Below, piece after piece: positions 1-9,005 of a DNA stretch of 45,104 nucleotides. A program made the position numbers and the translations under genes. The number at the start of each line of letters is the position of its first letter. Position 1 is the stretch's first letter. Under the pieces are notes generated by a model. The model saw only the letters and a program-made list of their open reading frames with translations. It made no database searches and was not told the DNA's origin. This DNA comes from an uncultured Bifidobacterium sp. (GTDB lineage Bacteria > Bacteroidota > Bacteroidia > AKYH767-A > OLB10). The stretch lies in contig CAZPCA010000006.1 of the NCBI GenBank assembly GCA_964584995.1, positions 1 through 45,104 on the forward strand, read 5' to 3'.

Positions 1-303
1 TAAGATTTCCATGTTGTGTAATGATTTAGAGAATAATTTTTCTGGTTTATTGCTCTTTATTACGCCGAAACTTTACAAAGGTTTCCACCTTGAAATACTT
101 TTTATTCCATAAAACACCTTCGACAAAAAAAACCAACATATTAGAATTATAATACTGTTTATCTGATAGTTATGTCGCGCCAAAGGGCCTGTAGACTGCC
201 TTATCACAGCGGCTGTAATTGCATTAAAACCTTACAAAAGACAGAAATGCAACCTTCCCGTTCCTTCGTGCGTATCCGTGCCTGTAACTTTAATTCCGAA
301 GAG

Positions 304-870
304 ATGAACAGGATTGAACACACCGAAGATTTTTACAAAACCATCCAGGAAAACAGGATGATGATGTATGCCAAGCCCAAACGCTATTTCAACAGGGACG
401 AGCAGCAGGGAAGCGCTTTCAAATTCCTCTTCCTGATTGAAACCATAGTGTTCATTCTGCTCATGGCGGCGGCGAGTTCAGGTATGGCCCAATCACATCC
501 CGGGTTCGAAAATGCCACCGAACTGTCGCAGCCCACGACTCCCAACATCTTCAATTATTCCACCAATTACAACAGCGGAAAGGTTTTCGTCAGCTGGACC
601 TCTAAAAACGAACAAGAGGATTGTGTTTACATTGTGGAAAGAAGTGCCGATGGTCAGGAATTTGTTGCAGTAGGTATCAAAGAGGGTATCGGTGCAGAGA
701 TAGAACTGTACTATTCCTGGATCGATCAAAATCCACCGGCAGGGTTCGGATACTACAGGGTGAAGAAAATCACCAAGGACGGGCAACAGTTGTACAGCGC
801 CACCAATACGGTGATCAATCAGGCCACCAATTTCAGCAACTACGCGCTGGGCGAAGAATCCGCCAAGTAA
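304..870 (+). CDS. Membrane-anchored protein with one Fn3-like extracellular module (hypothetical)
   Basis: Lies in ORF 172..870. I prefer the ATG at 304 because a TAACTTTA box sits at 285-292, 11 nt upstream; ATG 358 is also possible. It has a hydrophobic anchor (FKFLFLIETIVFILLMAAASSGMA). This is followed by a ~90-aa module (VFVSWTS...YIVERSADGQEF...GYYRVKKI) resembling the C-terminal modules of the next gene. Confidence 0.55.
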   Translation: MNRIEHTEDFYKTIQENRMMMYAKPKRYFNRDEQQGSAFKFLFLIETIVFILLMAAASSGMAQSHPGFENATELSQPTTPNIFNYSTNYNSGKVFVSWTSKNEQEDCVYIVERSADGQEFVAVGIKEGIGAEIELYYSWIDQNPPAGFGYYRVKKITKDGQQLYSATNTVINQATNFSNYALGEESAK

Positions 871-913
871 TTCTGGTAGTAACTTTTCACTTTTTAACCC
901 GGGAGCCCACGCT

Positions 914-3900
914 ATGCTCAGAAATCAGATCTGTTTTCTGAAATTGATTTCATTTTCGCTGCTAAATACTCTGGCGGTTCACTTTGCTGCTGCCCAGACG
1001 CCGGTCGCATCTTTTACAGTAAATGCCGACAGCGGATGTGCACCACTGCTGGTGACATTCAACAATACATCTACCGGAGCTGTCGGCTTTCTTTGGAATT
1101 TCGGCAACGGCAATCAATCCACCCTGTCACAACCATCGGCCTCATACGGCACCCCGGGTTCATACACCGTCACCCTGATTGCCACAGCTGCAAATGGTCA
1201 ACGTGACACTGCGACAAGCATCATAACGGTACTGAACAATCCGGTTGCAGACTTCACGGTCAACAGCACAAGCTCCTGTCTGGTCGGTAATCAGTTTTTT
1301 TTCACCAATATTTCTTCCGGTGGACAGTCGTATATCTGGGACTTCGGAGATGGCAGTTCATCCACTTCGATAAACCCCGCACACAGTTATGCAGCACCGG
1401 GCAATTATACCGTGAAGCTGATTGCCACGAATGCTTTCGGCTGCCAGCACATTACGATAAAAAACAACCTGATCACCGTATACCCGCAACCGTCGCCTCA
1501 ATTATCCATCACTCCCAATTCATCCTGTGATGTAAATACGGTGTTCCAATTCACCTGCGGCGGACAGAACATTGCCGGTTGGTCGTGGTATTTTGGTGAT
1601 GGATCCAACGCTGGGTCACAAAACCCAACACACCAATACAGTAATCCGGGATCCTATCCGGTCACCCTTATTGCCAGCAGTATTTACGGATGTACAGACA
1701 CCGTCACCGCAGCGAATCCGGTCACCATCGGAACATCACTCGTGCCTTCTTTCACAGCAAGCGACAGTGCAGGTTGCGCCCCCTTTTCCCTACAATTCGA
1801 TTGTACTGTCCCCAACGCAGTGACATGGAACTGGGATTTCGGCGACGGAAACACTTCCTCTTCGGATTTGGTGAACCATACCTATACACAACCAGGTCAA
1901 TACACCATCACATTGGCAGTGACCACTTCCAACGGATGCAATGGTACCGTAAGCATGCCTGCCATCATTTCTGTTGATGGACCACCCGTAACAAATTTTG
2001 CAGTGGTGCAGGATAGCGGCTGTGCGCCCTTCACAGCACAGTTCGTCAATCTCAGCACCGGCGCCGCTACCTATGACTGGCAATTCGGCAATTCAACCAG
2101 CTCTTCACAGCAGAATCCGACGGCTACATACAGTACAGGAGGATTATACAGTGTTACTCTGACCTCCACCACCCAAAACGGCTGTCAATCCACTATTACG
2201 CGTAACCAACTCATTAAGGTATTCGAACCCAGAGCAAACTTTACCGCATCGCCACAGACAGGTTGTCCCGGAATGACCACACAATTCAGCCATACCGGAG
2301 GAAGTATCAATATCGTCGGGTATTTGTGGAGTTTCGGAGATGGTACCACATCCAACCTTCCCAATCCTACACACACCTTCAACAGCTTAGGAACTTATCC
2401 TATCACGTTAATCGTTACCAATGTCTTCGGCTGCAGGGACACTGTGATTAAACCGAATTACATCCAGGTCATCAGCGGCACAGTACCCTATACTGTTCCG
2501 GACACCATATTGGTGTGTGACGAGAACTCCATTTCATTTGCAGATCCCACCATCGGCTCCAATACCTGGAATTGGAACTTCGGAAACGGTTCGGGGTCAA
2601 CAAGTCCTTCCGCAAGCGTCTTGTACTCGGATCCCGGCATCTACACTGTATCACTTCAAACCAGTATGCCAGGAGGATGCAGCCAGACATTCAATCCGTT
2701 CGCAATCGTAAAAGTATTGCCCTATGATCCAAAACCGATCGACATCAGTGTATCTGCACCCTGTAAACCCTATGTTGTCGATTTCTCTACGCAAACTCCG
2801 GATGTAACAGCTTACTATTGGGACTTCGGTGATGGCAACAGTTCCACGCTGGCCAATCCCAGCCATACTTATCAGCAAGCAGGGACGTATGCCGTAGTGC
2901 TGACCTTACTGATTGGCGAAGGATGCAGCGCACACATTTATACGACGGTCACTGTTGGCCATAGCAATCCTGCCCTGGCAAGTTCAACAGATATTTGTCT
3001 AAGCGACTCTGTACTTTTCAGCCTCAGCGATACTGCAGCCTTCGTACAGGCGACCTGGGTTTTCGGAGACGGCAATAGTATGAACGGACTACAAACCCAG
3101 CATCGCTATGCGCAGGCAGGGACATATCCGGTCTATGTGATTACAACTGATACCGCCGGATGCAGGGACACTTTCAACCTGTACCAGCCGGTGATTGTAA
3201 ACAATCCATTGCCCGCCTTCACCGTGCCGAGTGATGGATGCATAAATGCGCCACTACTTTTTCAAAACCAATCCCTGCAAGCTGACACCTATTATTGGGA
3301 CTTTGGCGATGGGAACTTTTCCAACGAAGCGGTTCCTGAGCACACCTACACTTCAACGGGCACCTACACAGTCATACTCAGCGTTACCAAAAACAATTGT
3401 ACGGTTTCCGCTTCACTCAGCAATGCCATTACTATCCATCAACCTCAAAGCAATTTCTCTTTTTCTGTGAGTGGACCATGTATGCCGGTATCCGCGCAAT
3501 TCAACGATTTGAGCAGTGGATCACCGATCGCATGGCAATGGATGTTCGGTAATGGAGGCACCTCGAACCAGGCTTCGCCTATTTATACCTATCTGACAGA
3601 CCCTTATGACTCCATCCGACTGGTCGTTACAGATGCCTTTGGATGCACCGATACCAGTAAACAAGCACCGTTTCCGTTCTATGCTGCTGCCGCCATAGTG
3701 GATGATGCAACAGGATGTATGCCGCACCCGGCACAATTCACCGATAATTCCAACGGAGCTATTGCATGGCAGTGGCTATTCGGCGATGGCCAACAATCCT
3801 TGTTACAACATCCAGGACACCAATATGCAGCTAACGGCAGCTACACTGTACAGCTGATTGCAACTTTCCCTGGCGGATGTGTAGATACTGCAACGTACTC

Positions 3901-6430
3901 AGATATGGTGATGGTAGCCAGTCCGGTAGCAGACTTCAACTCCCCTACATTAGCCGGTTGTTCACCCACGCAGATTTCCTTTGTGAATACGACTTCGGAT
4001 GCTAACACCTTCAGTTGGTCATTCGGAGACGGTGGCACATCCGGCAATACGCAACCTCAACATGTTTATTACATACCCGGTACTTACAGTGTCACGCTGA
4101 TAGCGACGAATAGTTTCGGATGCTCCGATACGATTACCAAGACCGATTACATTACCATACCGGGGACTTACACACGTTTCTCCATTTCCACCATCAGTGG
4201 ATGCCAGGGAGAGCTTATTCACTTCACGGACTCATCTATTAATGCAAGTAGCTGGGACTGGGATTTCGGTGATGGTTTACTGGATTCCAGCCAACATCCA
4301 TTACATGCTTATGCCGACACGGGTCTATATACCGTTACCCTGATAACCAGAGACTCCATCGGGTGTACATCCTCCTACACTTATCCTACAGCCATCCGCA
4401 TACATCCTCTGCCCATGGCAAGCGCCTCCGTTACGGATACCATCGGCTGTTCTGATTTTCAAACATCCTTTATCAATTTATCATTAGGAGCCTCAGCCTA
4501 CCTCTGGTATTTTGGTGATGGAGATACAAGTACGCAATCTTCTCCTTCCCATACATATTACCAAGCCGGCAATTACCAGGTCTCGTTAATAGCTACTACT
4601 TCATTTGGCTGTCTGGACACGTTTTCACTGGGCAATACCATTCAAGTCCTGCAAAGCCCTGTGGCAAACATCACTGCTACAGATTCAGTAGGCTGTGAAC
4701 CATCCTCCTTTCCATTGACATCCGGTTCAACGCAGCTACAGAGTCCTTCTTACATCTGGTACGATGGCCAGGGAAGTAGCACGACAGGTCCAACCGCCCA
4801 AGCTTATTACACGACACAGGGAACGTACATTGCATCGCTCGCAGTGATTAACGCCAATGGTTGCCGAGATTCTGTCAGCTTGCCGCTGACCGTACATCCG
4901 ACACCAATAGCCTCGGGCTTTACCGATGTACAATCCGGCTGTAACCCGTTGTACGTTCAATTCACACCCGCTAGCATGGGTGCCAATAGCCATGTATGGC
5001 ACTTTGGAAACGGAGACAGCTCAAGCAACCACAATCCCTCCTACACCTATACTGCTGCTGGAACGCTACAACCATGGGTGATTGCCAGTAACACCTTCGG
5101 CTGCATGGATTCTGCCATGCTATCACCGCTGGAAGTACTCTTATCACCTCAAGCATCCTTTACAACCAACCATACATTTGCCTGCTTCGGTGAACAAAGC
5201 AATTTCCAAAGCACCTCTATCGATACCTTATCCCCATCCTATACCTGGGACTTTGGTTTTCTCACATCAAATCTGGCACAGGCAACGGTACAGTGTTCCG
5301 TACCGGGAATCTTTGACGTCACCTTAATCACCACCAACAGCAATGGCTGTTCAGACACCTTGACTCAAAATGATTTCCTGGAAGTAGGCGACACCATCCC
5401 GCCGGCCGCCGATGACGTTGCAGCTGCGAGTGTTATTGGTGACCATGCTGTGCAACTAACATGGTTCAATAGTACAGAAACCGATCTATCCAGTTATCGG
5501 ATATATCGGCAAGTCAATCATTCAGGGCCATGGGTACTGATTCATACAGACTCGCTCCCTGCAAATGCCAGCAACCTGCCCATCAGTGTACACAGCGACA
5601 CTACGGTATCTACATTGAACAATGTATATACTTACAAATTGCAAACTATGGACCGATGCGGTTATGCATTGCCGCTTACGTTGCTGAAAGAACACACGAC
5701 GATGAATGTATCTGCCAGTGCCAACGGCTTGCAAATAAATGTTGAGTGGACTCCCTATGGGGGGTGCCAGCCCGTTAAATACAGCATTTACAGAACCGAG
5801 CGCCCATGGGGAAGTGCCGTAAAAATCGCAGAGACCGATTCCGCTACCACCACCTATCAGGACAACAGCATCACCTGTCCTTTTGAGTACGAATACAGGA
5901 TTGAAGCCGTGGGGTTATGCGGCACGGTTTTCAATGCCTACAGCGATACAGCTGCGGTGTGGCCTGATAATATTTTCGCACAGCAGATCTCGCCGTTGAT
6001 AAGAACAACGGTCGTCGACGACAAACACACTCTTACCGAATGGCAGACACCGACAACTTTGCCGGAAAGAATCTTAGCCTATGTCATTGAACGAAGCCAG
6101 GACGGCTTCAACTTTACGACACTGGATACTGTACCAACAGCCGTACTGAGCTATCTCGACGAGCAAGCAGATGTGCATACGGCCACATATACTTACCGTA
6201 TCAAGGCGGTCAATGACTGCATGTTGTCAGGACCGGCAGGGAACATCGGCAAGAACATTCTTCTGCAAGGCAGCAGGGAAGATTACCGCACGTACCTGCG
6301 TTGGAACAAATACGAACAATGGGACGCAGGAGTAGATCACTACACCATTGAGCAGCAAGACTACCAGGGCAAGTGGATTCCCGTTCGGGTGGTGAATGGC
6401 CAACAACTTTCAACAGAACTGGACGACTGA
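914..6430 (+). CDS. Giant secreted surface protein: signal peptide, 18 PKD modules, ~4 Fn3-like modules, no recognisable T9SS C-terminal domain
   Basis: Uninterrupted 1838-aa ORF with an N-terminal signal-like segment (LLNTLAVHFAAAQ). It carries 18 occurrences of the PKD signature W-x-FGDG/FGNG (for example YIWDFGDGSSS, WNWDFGDGNTS, YYWDFGDGNSS) at ~85-90 aa spacing. The tail has repeated (T/E)W...Y.I.R...Y.YR(I/L) modules. Confidence 0.9.
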   Translation: MLRNQICFLKLISFSLLNTLAVHFAAAQTPVASFTVNADSGCAPLLVTFNNTSTGAVGFLWNFGNGNQSTLSQPSASYGTPGSYTVTLIATAANGQRDTATSIITVLNNPVADFTVNSTSSCLVGNQFFFTNISSGGQSYIWDFGDGSSSTSINPAHSYAAPGNYTVKLIATNAFGCQHITIKNNLITVYPQPSPQLSITPNSSCDVNTVFQFTCGGQNIAGWSWYFGDGSNAGSQNPTHQYSNPGSYPVTLIASSIYGCTDTVTAANPVTIGTSLVPSFTASDSAGCAPFSLQFDCTVPNAVTWNWDFGDGNTSSSDLVNHTYTQPGQYTITLAVTTSNGCNGTVSMPAIISVDGPPVTNFAVVQDSGCAPFTAQFVNLSTGAATYDWQFGNSTSSSQQNPTATYSTGGLYSVTLTSTTQNGCQSTITRNQLIKVFEPRANFTASPQTGCPGMTTQFSHTGGSINIVGYLWSFGDGTTSNLPNPTHTFNSLGTYPITLIVTNVFGCRDTVIKPNYIQVISGTVPYTVPDTILVCDENSISFADPTIGSNTWNWNFGNGSGSTSPSASVLYSDPGIYTVSLQTSMPGGCSQTFNPFAIVKVLPYDPKPIDISVSAPCKPYVVDFSTQTPDVTAYYWDFGDGNSSTLANPSHTYQQAGTYAVVLTLLIGEGCSAHIYTTVTVGHSNPALASSTDICLSDSVLFSLSDTAAFVQATWVFGDGNSMNGLQTQHRYAQAGTYPVYVITTDTAGCRDTFNLYQPVIVNNPLPAFTVPSDGCINAPLLFQNQSLQADTYYWDFGDGNFSNEAVPEHTYTSTGTYTVILSVTKNNCTVSASLSNAITIHQPQSNFSFSVSGPCMPVSAQFNDLSSGSPIAWQWMFGNGGTSNQASPIYTYLTDPYDSIRLVVTDAFGCTDTSKQAPFPFYAAAAIVDDATGCMPHPAQFTDNSNGAIAWQWLFGDGQQSLLQHPGHQYAANGSYTVQLIATFPGGCVDTATYSDMVMVASPVADFNSPTLAGCSPTQISFVNTTSDANTFSWSFGDGGTSGNTQPQHVYYIPGTYSVTLIATNSFGCSDTITKTDYITIPGTYTRFSISTISGCQGELIHFTDSSINASSWDWDFGDGLLDSSQHPLHAYADTGLYTVTLITRDSIGCTSSYTYPTAIRIHPLPMASASVTDTIGCSDFQTSFINLSLGASAYLWYFGDGDTSTQSSPSHTYYQAGNYQVSLIATTSFGCLDTFSLGNTIQVLQSPVANITATDSVGCEPSSFPLTSGSTQLQSPSYIWYDGQGSSTTGPTAQAYYTTQGTYIASLAVINANGCRDSVSLPLTVHPTPIASGFTDVQSGCNPLYVQFTPASMGANSHVWHFGNGDSSSNHNPSYTYTAAGTLQPWVIASNTFGCMDSAMLSPLEVLLSPQASFTTNHTFACFGEQSNFQSTSIDTLSPSYTWDFGFLTSNLAQATVQCSVPGIFDVTLITTNSNGCSDTLTQNDFLEVGDTIPPAADDVAAASVIGDHAVQLTWFNSTETDLSSYRIYRQVNHSGPWVLIHTDSLPANASNLPISVHSDTTVSTLNNVYTYKLQTMDRCGYALPLTLLKEHTTMNVSASANGLQINVEWTPYGGCQPVKYSIYRTERPWGSAVKIAETDSATTTYQDNSITCPFEYEYRIEAVGLCGTVFNAYSDTAAVWPDNIFAQQISPLIRTTVVDDKHTLTEWQTPTTLPERILAYVIERSQDGFNFTTLDTVPTAVLSYLDEQADVHTATYTYRIKAVNDCMLSGPAGNIGKNILLQGSREDYRTYLRWNKYEQWDAGVDHYTIEQQDYQGKWIPVRVVNGQQLSTELDD
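998..5385 (+). repeat. Protein-level tandem array of 18 diverged PKD modules inside the 914..6430 CDS
   Basis: I counted 18 W.FG(D/N)G motifs by eye. The DNA copies are well diverged, so the duplications are old, not recent. Boundaries are approximate. Confidence 0.8.
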
Positions 6431-6441
6431 GAAAATCACCT

Positions 6442-6449
6442 TACCTTTG
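6442..6449 (+). promoter_or_regulatory. Bacteroidota sigma-A -7 box candidate (TACCTTTG)
   Basis: Exact match to TAnnTTTG, 14 nt upstream of the histidine kinase ATG at 6464. Confidence 0.45.
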
Positions 6450-6463
6450 CCTGTAAAAGAGGT

Positions 6464-7450
6464 ATGGCTCGTCCATTAATGATTTTCTACATACTCGTAG
6501 CATATATACTGCTGCAATTCTCGTGGTGGGCTTATTTGCTTATTGATTTGAATCAAGAACTGGTTGAATCAAAGGCTGGCCTCAGCCAACTATTATCCCA
6601 AAACAGGTCTTCGTCCCCTTCAGGTATCGACTATTCAAGTGAATTGAAAAAACGCGTATGGATGGTTTTAGGAGAGGGAACCGTCTTTTTAGGATTATTG
6701 GTTTTCGGGATTTACAAACTCAGAGTGGCCTTTAAAAAAGAAGTTGCCTTGTCGAGGCAACAGAAGAACTTTTTGCTATCCATCACCCATGAGTTCAAAT
6801 CCCCCCTTGCCGCTGTCAAATTGAATCTACAAACATTGCAAAGAAGAGAGCTCGAAAAAGAACAACAAAACAACCTGCTCAAAAGATCACTCATTGAAAC
6901 AGAACGCATACACCTGCTTGTAGAAAACGCCCTCTTCGCCACACGGCTGGAGAGTGGTAATTTCCAGCTCTATTTCGAATCAATCGACCTTTCCCAATTG
7001 CTCGAAAAACTATTCAGAGAGTATGTGGAAAAACAGGACCATCAGCACTCCTTCGTGTCTGAAATAACCCCGAACATCCATATTCATGGAGACCAGCTCG
7101 CACTGAGCTCACTTGTTTACAATCTATTGGAAAATGCGGAGAAGTATTCTCCCGAAAACACAGGCATCACCCTGAGACTTAAAAGATCGGGGGCTGAAGC
7201 CCTCATCGAGGTGCAGGACGAAGGTCCCGGCATTCCCGAAAAAGAAAAATCAAAAATCTTTGAAAAATTCTATCGCCTGGGGAACGAAGACACCCGAAGG
7301 ACAAAGGGTACAGGATTGGGACTATTCATCGTACAGCAAGTTGTTGCACTTCACCGGGGAACCGTCCAGGTTACTGAGAACAGACCACAGGGAAGTATTT
7401 TTGAAATACGGATCAAATTGGAAAAACCAACGACCAAATTGAACAAGTAA
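6464..7450 (+). CDS. Sensor histidine kinase (HisKA + HATPase_c) with two N-terminal TM helices
   Basis: H-box SITHEFKSPLAAV, N-box NLLENAEKYS, G-boxes DEGPGI and GTGLGLFIV. Two hydrophobic helices are present in the first 90 aa. Confidence 0.9.
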   Translation: MARPLMIFYILVAYILLQFSWWAYLLIDLNQELVESKAGLSQLLSQNRSSSPSGIDYSSELKKRVWMVLGEGTVFLGLLVFGIYKLRVAFKKEVALSRQQKNFLLSITHEFKSPLAAVKLNLQTLQRRELEKEQQNNLLKRSLIETERIHLLVENALFATRLESGNFQLYFESIDLSQLLEKLFREYVEKQDHQHSFVSEITPNIHIHGDQLALSSLVYNLLENAEKYSPENTGITLRLKRSGAEALIEVQDEGPGIPEKEKSKIFEKFYRLGNEDTRRTKGTGLGLFIVQQVVALHRGTVQVTENRPQGSIFEIRIKLEKPTTKLNK

Positions 7451-7454
7451 GTTC

Positions 7455-7462
7455 TACCTTTG
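7455..7462 (+). promoter_or_regulatory. -7 box candidate (TACCTTTG)
   Basis: Exact TAnnTTTG match 19 nt upstream of the gpmI ATG at 7482. The flanks resemble the box at 6442. Confidence 0.45.
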
Positions 7463-7481
7463 CTGTTAAAGAGAATTGTTG

Positions 7482-8999
7482 ATGAGGAAAGTCGTATTGG
7501 TAATTCTGGACGGCTGGGGTTTAGCTCCGCCTTCTCCGGGCAATGCCATCACTGCTGCCAGCACACCATTTATGCGGTATGCCTGGGATACGTTCCCGCA
7601 TTCCACACTGATCACCTCCGGAGAAGATGTCGGGCTACCATCGGGACAAATGGGCAATTCAGAAGTCGGCCATTTGAATATCGGTGCTGGTCGTATCGTA
7701 TGGCAAGAGTTGGCCAACATCAACAAAGCAGTCAGGGAAAACACCCTTATTTCCGAACCGGTACTTCGGCAGGCCTTTGATACTGTCAAGCATCGAAATT
7801 GTAAATTGCATTTCATCGGACTGGTTTCAGACGGCGGAGTGCATTCCCACATAGAACATTTGAAACACCTTTGTACTCTTGCAAAGGGAGCCGGCATCAA
7901 CAATCAAGTATATGTGCACGCATTCACTGACGGGCGGGACACCGACCCCAACGGTGGCGAAGCCTATTTGGAAGACCTAGACCGGCATTTGCAACATACT
8001 GTTGGTAAAATAGCCACCGTAACGGGAAGGTATTATGCCATGGACAGGGACAAACGCTGGGAACGTGTCAAAATCGCATACGACGCCCTTGTCCATGGCC
8101 AAGGCCAAAAATGCGATTGGCGGTCCGGAATAAAATCCTCGTATAAAAGTGGAATAACCGACGAATTCATCCTACCTGTTATTTGTGACGAAGAAGGACT
8201 GATAGAGTCGGACGATGTAGTTATCTGTTTCAATTTCAGAACAGACCGCTGTAGGGAAATCACGCAGGTACTAACACAGGAAGACATGCCTGATCTGGGC
8301 ATGGTGCACTTACCCCTCTATTATGTGACAATGACACGGTACGATGACAGGTTTAAAAACGTACAGGTCATCTACGAAAAAGACAATTTAGGCATGACAC
8401 TCGGGGAGGTAATCGAGAAGAGGGGAAAGACTCAAATCCGCATTGCAGAAACAGAAAAATATCCGCATGTCACCTTTTTCTTCAGCGGCGGCAGAGAGCA
8501 GGAATTCAACGGCGAGAAGCGTCTGCTTATCCCTTCACCTAAAGTAGCCACCTATGATCTGAAGCCTGAAATGAGTGCTGTTGAATTGAAAAACACCATC
8601 GTGCCGGAGCTGTTAAAGGCAGAAACGGATTTCGTATGCCTCAATTTCGCCAATGCGGATATGGTAGGACATACCGGTGTCTTTTCCGCTGCAGTAAAAG
8701 CTGTCGAAACGGTGGACACCTGCCTGAAAGAAATCGTAGATGCAGGTACGGCGAATGGTTATACCTTTCTGATCATCGCAGACCACGGCAATGCCGATAC
8801 AATGATCAATCCGGACGGCAGTCCCAATACTGCACATACTACCCATCCTGTTCCTTGTATCTTAGTGACATCAGAAGGCAAGTGGAAGCTGAACGACGGC
8901 AGACTGGCGGATATAGCGCCAACTATCCTGGCACTCATGGACATACCCGTTCCGGAGCAAATGACAGGAAGAAGCCTGTTAAAAGGAATAAATCACTAA
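7482..8999 (+). CDS. gpmI: 2,3-bisphosphoglycerate-independent phosphoglycerate mutase
   Basis: N-terminus VVLVILDGWG...GNSEVGHLNIGAGR, with ADHGNA near the C-terminus. The size of 505 aa is typical. The first ATG lies 6 nt inside the track ORF, which starts at a TTG. Confidence 0.95.
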   Translation: MRKVVLVILDGWGLAPPSPGNAITAASTPFMRYAWDTFPHSTLITSGEDVGLPSGQMGNSEVGHLNIGAGRIVWQELANINKAVRENTLISEPVLRQAFDTVKHRNCKLHFIGLVSDGGVHSHIEHLKHLCTLAKGAGINNQVYVHAFTDGRDTDPNGGEAYLEDLDRHLQHTVGKIATVTGRYYAMDRDKRWERVKIAYDALVHGQGQKCDWRSGIKSSYKSGITDEFILPVICDEEGLIESDDVVICFNFRTDRCREITQVLTQEDMPDLGMVHLPLYYVTMTRYDDRFKNVQVIYEKDNLGMTLGEVIEKRGKTQIRIAETEKYPHVTFFFSGGREQEFNGEKRLLIPSPKVATYDLKPEMSAVELKNTIVPELLKAETDFVCLNFANADMVGHTGVFSAAVKAVETVDTCLKEIVDAGTANGYTFLIIADHGNADTMINPDGSPNTAHTTHPVPCILVTSEGKWKLNDGRLADIAPTILALMDIPVPEQMTGRSLLKGINH

Positions 9000-9005
9000 T
9001 CATTC

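Noticed and set aside
493-503. tRNA T-arm-like string GGGTTCGAAAA (and GGTTCGAAT near 33010)
   Set aside because: Both lie inside well-supported coding frames, and no acceptor, D or anticodon stems can be built around them.
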